NCBI GenBank assembly: GCA_963793865.1
Contig: CAWCBP010000010.1
Coordinates: 1 to 64,000 of the forward strand
From: an uncultured delta proteobacterium
GTDB taxonomy: Bacteria; Desulfobacterota; WTBG01
Length of the DNA stretch: 64,000 nt
Direction of reading: 5' to 3'
A program made the position numbers and the translations under genes. The notes below the pieces were generated by a model. The model made no database searches and was not told the origin of the DNA. It saw nothing but the letters and a program-made list of their open reading frames with translations. This document shows, piece by piece, positions 21,776-31,594 of this stretch. Positions within the stretch are counted from its first letter, which is position 1. Every line of letters starts with the position of its first letter.

Positions 21776-22496
21776 CTAATCATCCTCCACGTGCACTTCG
21801 TAGGAGAAGCCGAACCAGATGAAGGGCGGAACGAAGGCGTACACATGGTCGATGAACTCATTTGCCTTGAGCATAAGGGATTTTCGGCACATAGATGATG
21901 TCAAAGGGCCTGATGAGCGCTTCCTCCTCCGGAAGCTTGCCCTTCAGCGCCTTCTTGACATTGACCGTCCGGGTAAGGGGGCTTTTGTCGGGCGCCCTGC
22001 TTACCACCAGCACATCCTTAATATCAGCGTCTGATTTGAATCCACCAGCCTCAAAGATGGCCTGGGCAACCGTGGTGCGTCCCTTAAGGGTGATCACACC
22101 CGGCCTATTAACCTCCCCCCCGACATAAACCCTTTGCCCGCCAAACGAGGTGATGCTCACGGAGGGCATGGGCTTCTTTAAATAGGGGGTGTATTGTTCA
22201 GTCAGCAGCTCTTTCACCCGCGGGGGCGTGAGCCCGGCAACCTGAATCTCATCGATCAGCTGGAGTGAAATCCGGCCATCAGGCCGCACTATGACGCTCT
22301 CGTTGAGCTCGGGATTCTGGTAAAAGGTAATGTCGAGCCTGTCCCCGGGCTGAAGATAGTAGTGAGAAAGAATATTTTCAAAGGCCTTTAGATCCTGCGT
22401 GATTTCAGGGGGTGTTGCTTTTTCCGCCCTGCCGCCGCAGCCTGCCGTCCAAAATAAAAAAATGGCCAAACAAATAAGTAGCTTATTTCTTGCCAT
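21776..22496 (-). CDS. Second Wza/OPX polysaccharide export lipoprotein, C-terminal frameshift
   Basis: Lipobox TAGC, YYLQPGDRLDI, VRPDGRISLQLI; tail KANEFIDHVYAFVPPFIWFGFSYEVHVEDD* ends at 21776. Confidence 0.9.
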
Positions 22497-22961
22497 GATC
22501 CGCCGGAGGATAAGCTGTTAAAATGTTTACAAGAATTTCATGCGAGTCGCTCAGTGCTTCTTCGAAATGACCGCTTTCTGCTATCGCACTCTTTGTTAGT
22601 CGATGGTCCACTGTCGACAGTCTACAGGAAAAGATTCAACCACGAAGTACTAAGTAACCAGGAAAGTCTTTTTTAGTGAGTTATGAAATCAGAAGGACTC
22701 CCATTATAAACGTTTTTTGCTTTTTTGTTAAGTAAAAACTGCAGGAGTGAACAGTTAACAGGGTTCAGGGGGCAGGGTACAGGAGTCAAGAATTGGGGAC
22801 AGCCCTTGACATTGGACATTTTAGGGACAACGAAGATACAGGAAGCACGATACAGGATACAGGAGGATCCTGTAAACTGACAACCGCTAGCTGTCACTTC
22901 CTTTTGAACCACGAAGGGCACGAAGGGTGGGATACGAATAACATGGAGAAGGGCACAAAAT

Positions 22962-23017
22962 GTAGGGGCAACCCCCTGTGGTTGCCCTATGTCGGGCAGA
23001 CAGGGGCCTGCCCCTAC
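22962..23017. repeat. GTAG-type REP doublet (REPIN-like)
   Basis: GTAGGGGCAACCCCCTGTGGTTGCCCT...GGGCAGACAGGGGCCTGCCCCTAC. Confidence 0.8.
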
Positions 23018-23091
23018 GTCTTTACTCTGGACCGCCAACTATGGAGCCTTTTCTTCCTGTACCCTGCCCAACCGCTCAACCCTGTCAACTT

Positions 23092-23323
23092 CCTTTTGAA
23101 CCACGAAGGGCACGAAGGAGAATGCACGAAGAGCACGAAGAAAAACGTACCGACCACCCAGATCACGAAAGGGACAGGAATTAAAGAAGGACGCGCTTTC
23201 ACGCGTCCTTCTTGCAAGCCTTCTCAGTCGCGCACGCACGACTGAGACTTATATATCTTCGGTTTCTTTCTTCGTGTTCTTCGTGAGTAGTCGGTTTTTC
23301 TTCGTGTGCTTCGTGGTTCAAAC
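23092..23323. repeat. CACGAAG palindromic element (class II core), direct-repeat partner of 24274-24500
   Basis: Arms plus hairpins AGAAGGACGCG/CGCGTCCTTCT and TCTCAGTCG/CGACTGAGA. Confidence 0.9.
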
Positions 23324-23390
23324 AACAGGAAGCAGGGATCAGTGGTGAGGCGTCTTTAACCTGCATCGTGCATCCTCTTCCCCTGAACCC

Positions 23391-23813
23391 TCACCCCTCC
23401 CTTTTGACGAATTCGGCGGGAGTGACGATATTACAAATCAGGTGATTATCTCTCAACGCTTTTTTAGAAATAGTCAGCAGATCCTTATCCCCGGTGATTA
23501 AAAAATCAGCCTTGACCTGTTTGCACAGGGAAAGGTATCGATCATCTTTTGTGTCCCTGCAGAGGGTAACGCTTTCCGTAACCGGGACCTTTTTGCAGAA
23601 GGAGAGAAATTTTGAAAGGTTTCTTTGCAGTGTTTCTATCTGCCGTGCCTGCAATTTGGACTCAAGCTTTTTAAGGACCCCTCTTAGTTCTTTTTCTATA
23701 TCCTCAGAGTAACAAACCTCGTGATGCAGCAAGGCCCTGGAAATTGATTCCAGCGGCAGGCCTCCAAATACGGAGGAAATTACTACATTGGCATCAATTA
23801 CAACCTTAGCCAT
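23391..23813 (-). CDS. PIN-domain toxin (putative TA toxin, PIN_3 type)
   Basis: KVVIDANVVISS, CRDTKDDRYL, ADFLITGDKDLL, IVTPAEF. Confidence 0.9.
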   Translation of the reverse strand: MAKVVIDANVVISSVFGGLPLESISRALLHHEVCYSEDIEKELRGVLKKLESKLQARQIETLQRNLSKFLSFCKKVPVTESVTLCRDTKDDRYLSLCKQVKADFLITGDKDLLTISKKALRDNHLICNIVTPAEFVKREG

Positions 23814-24039
23814 ACAATTCTTTTCTAACCTGCTTGAGGACCCTAGAGGCATCCTTTTGGTTAATCCCGGCTTCCGTCAGAACACGGCCAATCTCCAGCA
23901 ATGCCGATTCAGGCGAGTTTCTCTTTATGGGAGAAATCCTGGCTATGGGCTTTTTACGCTTGGTAATAACAATCTCTTCGCCGGAATTGATGCAGGTTAC
24001 AAAGGACTCCTTCAGTTCCCGTACACCGATATATCGCAT
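23806..24039 (-). CDS. Phd/YefM family antitoxin
   Basis: IGVRELK...GEEIVITKRKKPIARISP; overlaps the toxin start. Confidence 0.85.
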   Translation of the reverse strand: MRYIGVRELKESFVTCINSGEEIVITKRKKPIARISPIKRNSPESALLEIGRVLTEAGINQKDASRVLKQVRKELYG

Positions 24040-24114
24040 AATCATCACCTCGAGTTTTTCTTTTGCCCGGATGTTACCATATATGTGGGAACATTTCAAT
24101 GGGGAATAAGAATA

Positions 24115-24215
24115 GGGTTCAGGGTCAGAAATACAGGGTTCAGGGTCAGAGAACAGGGTACAGGGTACAGGGTACAGGGTCAAAAATACAGGGTACAGGG
24201 TACCAGAGTTCAGGG
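24115..24215. repeat. Heptamer tandem array CAGGGT(A/T)
   Basis: cagggta cagggta cagggta cagggt and variants; similar arrays near 20118, 42030, 44990 and 58467; complement near 23381, 39437 and 52590. Confidence 0.85.
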
Positions 24216-24273
24216 GTCAACAGGATGCATGATGCAGGAGGATAGTAAACTGACAACCGCTAACTGTAAACTG

Positions 24274-24500
24274 CCTTTTGAACCACGAAGGGCACAAAGG
24301 CAGAGGCACGAAGCACACGAAGAAAAACGTACCGACCACCCAGATCACGAAAGGGGTAAGAATTTAAAGAAGGACGCGCTTTCACGCGTCCTTCTTGCAA
24401 GCCTTCTCAGTCGCGCACGCACGACTGAGACTCTTATATCTTGGTCTCTTCGTGTTCTTCGTGAGTAGTCGGATTATTCGTGCGCTTCGTGGTTCAAAAC
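24274..24500. repeat. CACGAAG palindromic element (class II core)
   Basis: Near-identical core to 23092-23323. Confidence 0.9.
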
Positions 24501-24592
24501 GACAGGGTGAATTCGGTGGTTGCAGAGATTCAGGAGTCGGGTTTGAAGGCGTCTTTAGGATTTGCATCTGTGCATCCTGCATCTCTCTTCCC

Positions 24593-27277
24593 TCAACTTT
24601 TCTCTATCCTCACGGCGCAGACCTTGTACTCGGGGATCTTGGCAATGGGGTCGAGCGCGGCATTGGTGAGGCGGTTGACCGCCGCCTCGCTGTAGTGGAA
24701 GGGGATAAAAATGACTCCCTCGGCGCACTTCCCGGATATGTCGGCACTGGCCTGTATGCTGCCCCGCCGCGAGGCAATGGTCAGCCTGTCGCCCTGGCTG
24801 AGATTCAGCTTCTCTGCGTCAGCCGGGTTGATCTCAACGAAGGCATCGGGCGTCCTTGATACCAGGCCGCTCGATCGCCTGCTCATGGTAGCGGTGTGAT
24901 ACTGGTAGAGGATGCGGCCGGTGGTGAGAATGAAAGGATATTCCGCGTCAGGCACCTCGGCGGGCGGCGTGTACTCGATGGCACTGAAGAGACCCCTTGC
25001 CCCGGGTGAAGGCGTCCTTGTGGAGGATGGGCGTTCCCGCGTGCTCGAGCGTCGGGCAGGGCCACTGCAGACCCACATGCTCAATGCGGTCATAGGTGAT
25101 GCCTTTGTAAGACGGCGTCACCGCGTTTATCTCATCCATGATCTCCCGCGGGCCGCTGTAGTTCCAGCCGGCGCCCATTTTCCCCGCCAGCCGGGTTATG
25201 ATTTCCCAGTCTGTCAGCGCTTCACCGGGTGCATCTACTGCTTTGCGGATGCGCTGCACCCTCCGTTCGGTATTGGTGTAGGTGCCGTCCTTTTCACCCC
25301 AGGCAGACGAGGGCAGGACCACGTGGGCCAGCTCCCCGGTCTCATGGAGAAATATGTCCTGAACGACCAGCAGCTCCAGCTTCTTAAGCCCCTTCTCCAG
25401 GTGATTCAGGTCGGGGTCTGATATCATGGGGTTCTCTCCCATGATGTAAAGCGCCTTCAGACTTCCCTGGGCTGCAGCCTGCATCATCTCGGTCAAGGCG
25501 AGGCCGGGTTTGCGGGAGAGCGCCGCGCCCCAGACCTTCTCAAACTTCTGCACCGGCTCGTCGGCGGTCACCGACTGGTAGCCGGAGAACACATTGGGAA
25601 GCGCGCCCATGTCGCAGGCGCCCTGAACATTGTTCTGGCCCCGCAGGGGATTTACCCCCGTGCCCGGGCGGCCGATGTTGCCGGTCACCATGGCCAGATT
25701 GGCGATGGACTTCACGTTGTCCGTCCCCGAGATATGCTGGGTAATACCCATGGCGTACAGAATGGATGCGGCCTTTGCTTTGGCATAGACGCGGGCCGCC
25801 TTGACCAGGTCGTCAGCGGGAATGCCGGTTATGGACTCAACGTACGACGGTGTATATTTTTTAACCGTTTCCTTCAGGGCCTCGAAGTTCTCGGTGCGGG
25901 CGGCTATGAACGCCTCATCAGCAAGGCCCTCGCTCAGGATCACCTGAATCATGCCGTTGATCCAGGCGATGTCCGTCCCGGGCTTCTGCCGCAGCCAGAC
26001 GGTGGCCAAGCGGGCGAGGTCGATGTTGCGCGGATCGACCACGATGAGAGCGGCGCCGCGCTGGGTGACCGCCCGTTTCACAATGGTGGCGATGACGGGA
26101 TGGTTTTCAGTGGTGTTGGTTCCGGTTATAAGAATGCAGTCCGATTCGCCGATGTCGGCGATGGAGTTGGTCATTGCTCCTGATCCGAAGGTCGCGGCCA
26201 GACCGGCCACGGTGGAGCTGTGTCAGAGCCGGGCGCAGTGATCGACATTGTTGGTGCCGATGACCGCGCGGAAGAATTTCTGAAAGAGGTAGTTTTCCTC
26301 GTTGGTGCAGCGGGCCGATGACAGTCCGGCGATGGCATCGGGGCCGTGAGTTTTTTTGATGGCGCCGAGCCTCTCCGCGATATAGCCGAGCGCCTCGTCC
26401 CAGACGCCTCTTGCAGCGCCCCGTTTTTGCGCAGCAGGGGCTTGGTGAGCCGGTCGGGGTGGCCGACGAAATCGTATCCGAAACGTCCCTTGATGCAGAG
26501 ACTGCCGGCATTGGGCGGCGTGTCCTCGTAGCGGGGGGTGGTCACCTTGACGATGCGGTTGTCCTTCACCCGCAGGTCCATCTGGCAGCCGACGCCGCAG
26601 TAGGCGCAGGTGGTGCGGACGGAGCCGAGCTCATCGCCGCGCCCCTGGAAGCGCCCCTTCTTTTCCGAGAGGGCGCCCACCGGGCAGAGCCGCACGCACT
26701 CGCCGCAGAAGACGCACTCCGAATCCTCGTAGCGCAGGCCGAAGGGGGGACCGACCGCGGCGGTGGGACCCCTGCCGGTATACTCAATGGCATTGTTGAC
26801 CTGTATCTCCTTGCAGGCCCGGACGCAGATGCCGCAGAGCACGCACTTGTCCATGTCCCTGATGATCATCTCGTTGGCCTGCTCCACTTCCCGGACCTTT
26901 TCGGATTCGCTGAAGCGGGGCATCTCGATGCCCAATGAATAGGCCAGGTCCTGCAGGATGCAGTTCCCGCTTGCCTCGCAGGTAACGCATTTGTGGTGCC
27001 CCTGGGTGAGAAGCAGCTCGACCGTGAACTTTCTCGACTGCCGGACGCGTTCGGTATCGGTCAGGACAACCATGCCTTCCTCGGCGGGCATGGCGCAGGA
27101 GGCAACCAGGGTCTTCGCCTTCTCCACCTCCACCACGCACACCCTGCAGGCGCCCACCGGCTTGAGCCGGTCGTGGTGGCAGAGCACGGGAATATAAATA
27201 CCGTTGTCCCGGGCCACTTCGTAAATGGTCTGCCCGGGGGTGAAATCGTACGCTTTTCCGTTAATGGTGATCTTCAT
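24593..27277 (-). CDS. fdhA: Formate dehydrogenase alpha subunit (Mo/W-bisPGD, selenocysteine) with N-terminal NuoG-like Fe-S domain; frameshifted
   Basis: 2Fe-2S and 4Fe-4S motifs, [20 protein letters not shown](26223-26225)-[34 protein letters not shown]. Confidence 0.9.
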
Positions 27278-27289
27278 CAACGCTCCTCC

Positions 27290-30200
27290 CTATTCCTGAA
27301 GCTCGGCATCGCAGCGCAGGCAGCGGCATGCCTCCTTATAGGCGATCTCTTTGGTATATCCCAGCTCGACTTCCCTGAAGCTCTTGACCCGCTCAGCCGC
27401 CGCGAGCTCGGGCATCAGCCCTTTGGGCTGCTGCACCAGCTCCGCGTCCACTTCGAAGGGGATGTCGATCTTCTCTGCAGCCGGCTCTTTATACGGCCGC
27501 TCATTATTTTTCGCGCGTATGTGCGCGTCAACATTCTCCGCAGCCTGGTGGCCCATCATGATTGCCTCCACCACCGTGGCCGGGCCGCTGACCGCGTCGC
27601 CGCAGACGAAGACGCCTTCGGCGGTGGACCGGGTCCGGCTGCCTGCGGCGCGCTCAAACGTGCCGCCTTTGGTCACCTTGATTCCCGAGTCGGGGGTGAT
27701 GAAAGCGGTGTCGGGGGATTGCGAGATGGCCGGTATGACCAGGTCAACGGGAAGGGAGAACGTGCTTCCTTCAACCGGGACGGGCCTCCGCCGGCCGGAG
27801 CGGTCAAACTCGCCCAGCTTCATCCGCGTGCACTCGATGGCGTTCAAGGTACCGTTTGTGCCGCTGAGCTTGGTTGGCGCCGCCAGGTATTCGATAACGA
27901 TCCCCTCGTGCAGGGCGGCCTCGATCTCATTTCCCCAGGCGGGCATGTCCTTGCGCTCCCGGCGATAGAGGATGGTCACCTCCGCCGCCCCGAGCCGTTT
28001 GGCGGTGCGCGCCGCGTCAATGGCGGAATTGCCGCCGCCGATGACCGCGACCCGCTTTCCCACCTTGAGCGTATTGTTGTTCAGATTCACCCGGCGCAGG
28101 AATTCCGCGGCGCCTTCCACTCCCTTGAGGTTTTCCCCTTCTATGTCCAGCGTCCAGCTCCGGTGGGCCCCGATGGCCAGCACCACGCAGTCGAATGCGG
28201 CGCGGATGCGGGCCAGGTCAATGTCCTTTCCAACCCGAACGCCGGTTTTGATTTCCACTCCCAGGGCCCTGATATCATCTATCTCCCGGTCGAGCGTCGC
28301 GCGCGGCAGCCGGTATTCGGGAATGGCGTAGCGCATCATCCCGCCGGCATGGGGCAGCTCCTCGAAGACGGTAACAGCGTATCCCCGCAGGATGAGGTCC
28401 CTGGCGGCGGTAAGGCCGGCGGGGCCTCCGCCGATGATCGCGATTTTTTCCGCGCGGGTGATGGGTGCGGGAGCCGGGGTGGGGGGCTGAACCGTGTCGG
28501 TAATGTACCGCTTCAGCCAGGCGATGCCCATGGGCTCATCGAGCTGGCCGCGCCGGCAGTTGGGCGCGCAGAACTGCGGGCAGACCCTTCCGCACACCGC
28601 GGGGAAGGGATTGGTCTTTTTAAGCAGCCGGTAGGCGTCATCGAGCCGCCCCGCCCTCACCAGGGCGATATACCCGGGCACATCCATCCCGATGGGACAG
28701 GCGTGCTGGCAGGGGGATTTGAAGAGCTCCGAGCAGACGCAGGCGGCGCACTTTTTCTCAAAGATGTGGGCTTCATACTCGTGCCTGAAATAGCGCAGGG
28801 TGGAAAGCACCGGGTTGGGGGCGGTCTGTCCCAGTCCGCAGAGGGCGCTGTCCTTGATGTAGGGGGCCATTTCCTCCAGGAGCCCGATGTCTTCGGGAAC
28901 TCCCCGGCCCTTGCAGATCCGGGTCAATATCTCCAGCATGCGCTTGGTGCCCTCGCGGCAGGGTGTGCATTTCCCGCAGGATTCCTCCTGGCAGAACTCC
29001 ATGAAGAAGCGCGCGGTGTCAACCATGCAGGTGTTCTCATCCATCACGATGAGCCCGCCGGAGCCCATGATGGCGCCGTGCTTGACGATCTCTTCGTAGT
29101 CGGTGGGGGTGTTGAGGGCGGACGCCGGGATGCAGCCCCCCGAGGGACCGCCCAGCTGCGCCGACTTGAAGTTTTTACCGCCGCGGATGCCGCCGCCGAT
29201 GTCGAAAATGATGTCCCCGATGGGGGTTCCCATGGGAACTTCCACCAGCCCCACGTTGTTCACCGCGCCGGTCAGGGCAAACACCTTGGTGCCCTTTGAG
29301 CCTTCGGTGCCGAAGGAGGCAAACCAGTCGCCGCCCCTGGTGATGATCTGGCCGATGCAGGCATAGGTTTCAACATTGTTGAGCACCGAGGGCTTGTTCC
29401 AGAGCCCCTGGTTTGCGGGAAACGGCGGGCGCGGACGGGGCATGCCCCGCCTGCCCTCGATGGAGCCCATCAGCGCTGTTTCTTCGCCGCAGACGAAGGC
29501 CCCGGCCCCGAGATAGACTTCAATGTCCAGGCTCAATGGGGAGCCGAGGATATTGCCGCCCAGCAGGCCGTATGCCCGGGCCTGCGCGATGGCGTGGTTG
29601 AGCGTTTTGACGGCGAGCGGGTATTCAGCCCTGCAGTATATGTAGCCCTGGCGGGCGCCGATGGCGTATGCGCCGATGATCATTCCCTCGAGCACGGCGT
29701 GAGGGTCTCCTTCCAGCACCGACCGGTCCATGAAGGCGCCCGGGTCACCCTCATCGGCGTTGCAGAGGATATACTTCACGTCCCCTTGAGACCTGGCGGC
29801 AAAGCTCCACTTGAGTCCGGTGGGAAATCCCGCGCCTCCCCTGCCGCGAAGGCCGGATTTTTTCACCTCGTCGATGACCTGGGCCGGGGTCAGGTCAAAC
29901 AGCGCCCTGGCCACGCCCTGGTATCCGTCGCGGGCGATGTATTCATCGATGCTTTCCGCGTCAATCGACCCCCGGTTCCTGAGGGCGATGGTCTTCTGCT
30001 TGCTGAAGAAGGGGGTCTCCCGCAGGTGAGGTATCCCCTTCAGGGCGATGGCGGCGGTGGTGACGTCATTTTCCCTGCCGCGCGCCATGAGCAGGTCTTT
30101 CTGCACCACGCCGCCCATGAGGTGCTCTTTGAAGATGCGCTCGGTCTTTTCCGGCGTCAGGAGCTCATACACCACCGCGTCCTTGCCGCCTTCCTCGATG

Positions 30201-30442
30201 GTGATGAGCGGCTCGCGGCAGCAGATGCCCATGCAGCCGGAGGTGGTAATCGCGATGTCGGAAACACTGTTGCGCGCCATCTGATCCCCGATGGTGTCAT
30301 GAATTTTCTGCGCGCCGGACGCAATCCCGCAGGTTCCCATGTGCACGGTGATCCGCGCCCGCTTAAGCCCCGTCTTCAAGGGGTCCGACTGATTAATTTT
30401 TTCCTTGATCGCAGCGAGGTCTGCCCTGCTCAGCTTCTCCAT
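27290..30442 (-). CDS. NuoF/HydB-like NADH-binding subunit fused to a GltD/NfnB-like FAD domain
   Basis: SGLRGRGGAGFPTG, NADEGDPGAFMDRS, CGEETAL, ESCGKCTPCREG, then CQHACP, CGRVCP, IIGGGPAGL, VIGGGNSAID, EACRCLRC. Confidence 0.9.
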   Translation of the reverse strand: MEKLSRADLAAIKEKINQSDPLKTGLKRARITVHMGTCGIASGAQKIHDTIGDQMARNSVSDIAITTSGCMGICCREPLITIEEGGKDAVVYELLTPEKTERIFKEHLMGGVVQKDLLMARGRENDVTTAAIALKGIPHLRETPFFSKQKTIALRNRGSIDAESIDEYIARDGYQGVARALFDLTPAQVIDEVKKSGLRGRGGAGFPTGLKWSFAARSQGDVKYILCNADEGDPGAFMDRSVLEGDPHAVLEGMIIGAYAIGARQGYIYCRAEYPLAVKTLNHAIAQARAYGLLGGNILGSPLSLDIEVYLGAGAFVCGEETALMGSIEGRRGMPRPRPPFPANQGLWNKPSVLNNVETYACIGQIITRGGDWFASFGTEGSKGTKVFALTGAVNNVGLVEVPMGTPIGDIIFDIGGGIRGGKNFKSAQLGGPSGGCIPASALNTPTDYEEIVKHGAIMGSGGLIVMDENTCMVDTARFFMEFCQEESCGKCTPCREGTKRMLEILTRICKGRGVPEDIGLLEEMAPYIKDSALCGLGQTAPNPVLSTLRYFRHEYEAHIFEKKCAACVCSELFKSPCQHACPIGMDVPGYIALVRAGRLDDAYRLLKKTNPFPAVCGRVCPQFCAPNCRRGQLDEPMGIAWLKRYITDTVQPPTPAPAPITRAEKIAIIGGGPAGLTAARDLILRGYAVTVFEELPHAGGMMRYAIPEYRLPRATLDREIDDIRALGVEIKTGVRVGKDIDLARIRAAFDCVVLAIGAHRSWTLDIEGENLKGVEGAAEFLRRVNLNNNTLKVGKRVAVIGGGNSAIDAARTAKRLGAAEVTILYRRERKDMPAWGNEIEAALHEGIVIEYLAAPTKLSGTNGTLNAIECTRMKLGEFDRSGRRRPVPVEGSTFSLPVDLVIPAISQSPDTAFITPDSGIKVTKGGTFERAAGSRTRSTAEGVFVCGDAVSGPATVVEAIMMGHQAAENVDAHIRAKNNERPYKEPAAEKIDIPFEVDAELVQQPKGLMPELAAAERVKSFREVELGYTKEIAYKEACRCLRCDAELQE

Positions 30443-30452
30443 CAAATTCCTC

Positions 30453-30956
30453 CTACTCGTATGATGCCAGCTTCTTTTCCACTTCCGCCGCCTTGAGCTG
30501 GCCGTGGGGGTCATCATCAATCATCATCACCGGGGCAAGGCCGCAGGCTCCGAGGCAGCGCACCGTGTCCAGGGAAAAGCGACGGTCTTCGGTGCAGTTT
30601 CCCGGCTCAATGGCCAGCGCATCGCTCAGCTTGGAGAGGATGCGCTGCCCGCCTCTCACGTAGCAGGCGGTCCCCAGGCATACCCTCAGGGTGTGCCTTC
30701 CCTTGGGAACCATGGTGAAAAATGAATAGAAGGTGACCACGCCGTACACGTTGGAGGGCGGAATATTCAATCCCCGGGCCACCCGCATCTGGACTGATAC
30801 CGGGAGGTAGCCAAGGACCGTTTGCACCTCCTCCAGCACGGGTATGAGCGCGCCGGGTTTCCCTTTATAGCGCGCGATAATTTCATCCGCCCGGGCAAGC
30901 GCTTCCGCGGAGAATTCCTCCAGCCCTGCCTGCTCATGAGTCTTGGGTATTGCCAT
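30453..30956 (-). CDS. NuoE/HydC-like 2Fe-2S subunit
   Basis: VVTFYSFF, CLGTACYVRG, CLGACGLAP. Confidence 0.9.
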   Translation of the reverse strand: MAIPKTHEQAGLEEFSAEALARADEIIARYKGKPGALIPVLEEVQTVLGYLPVSVQMRVARGLNIPPSNVYGVVTFYSFFTMVPKGRHTLRVCLGTACYVRGGQRILSKLSDALAIEPGNCTEDRRFSLDTVRCLGACGLAPVMMIDDDPHGQLKAAEVEKKLASYE

Positions 30957-31126
30957 GCCTTGTCCCCGTGTGTGAGTGATACCGTACTGTTGCACTGATT
31001 TGAGCCGCATTCATAACCCGTAAGGCCTTTGATTGTCAAGGATTATCAGGAGGGGGATGCAGGATACAGGATGCACGATGCAGGTTGGAAGACAAATCCG
31101 AAAACGTAAGAGTCAAATCCTAACAT

Positions 31127-31201
31127 CAAAATCCTAAATCCCAAACAAATCCAAATTTCAAAGCTCAAATGTTCCAAACGGCCACCACGAAGCCCACGAA
31201 G
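31127..31201. repeat. AAATCC-family repeat module joined to a CACGAAG arm
   Basis: caaaatcctaaatcccaaacaaatccaaatttcaaagctcaaatgttccaaacggccaccacgaa is identical at about 38797-38861; variants at 35064-35122 and 52361-52420. Confidence 0.85.
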
Positions 31202-31285
31202 AAAAACCACGAACGGCACGAATGCGAAGGGGCACAAAATTGTAGGGGCAACCCCCTGTGGTTGCCCTGTGAAATCCGCACGATG

Positions 31286-31498
31286 TGGGGTCAGGTCTTG
31301 AAATATCAGTTTGCGAGTGAGGGGCGTCAGGATATCGAATATTGGACGGGGGTTAATCAGATTTCTCGCTTTACTAGAAATGAAAAACCGAAGAAAACAC
31401 TGCCTATGTTCTGATGCCACAACGGAGCACAAGCCACAATTCTCAGCAATAATAAGAACGCTTTGCCTTCAAAACTGATATTTCAAGACCTGACCCCA
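31286..31498. mobile_element. MITE-like element with 27-bp perfect terminal inverted repeats, copy 1
   Basis: TGGGGTCAGGTCTTGAAATATCAGTTT ... AAACTGATATTTCAAGACCTGACCCCA; near-identical copy at 39182-39393. Confidence 0.8.
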
Positions 31499-31594
31499 AT
31501 AGAAGGTGCTGGTGCGCTTTTGTTCTGTTGACCTGTACTCTTTTTTTGACCCTGTTCCCTGATCTCTATTTTTGTTCTGTCGACCGTGGACTGA

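Noticed and set aside
22673..23245. ORFs in repeat spacers (also 20059..20277, 31046..31432, 39092..39437, 45041..45523, 58504..58782)
   Set aside because: Translations (NHEGHE, TTKxTK, GYRVQG, ASCIL, VGATPCGCP) are just the DNA repeats read in frame.
26993..29299. 768-aa plus-strand ORF (also 17231..18109, 47544..48368, 61630..62616, 63224..63742)
   Set aside because: Antisense shadows of well-supported genes, with no recognisable motifs.
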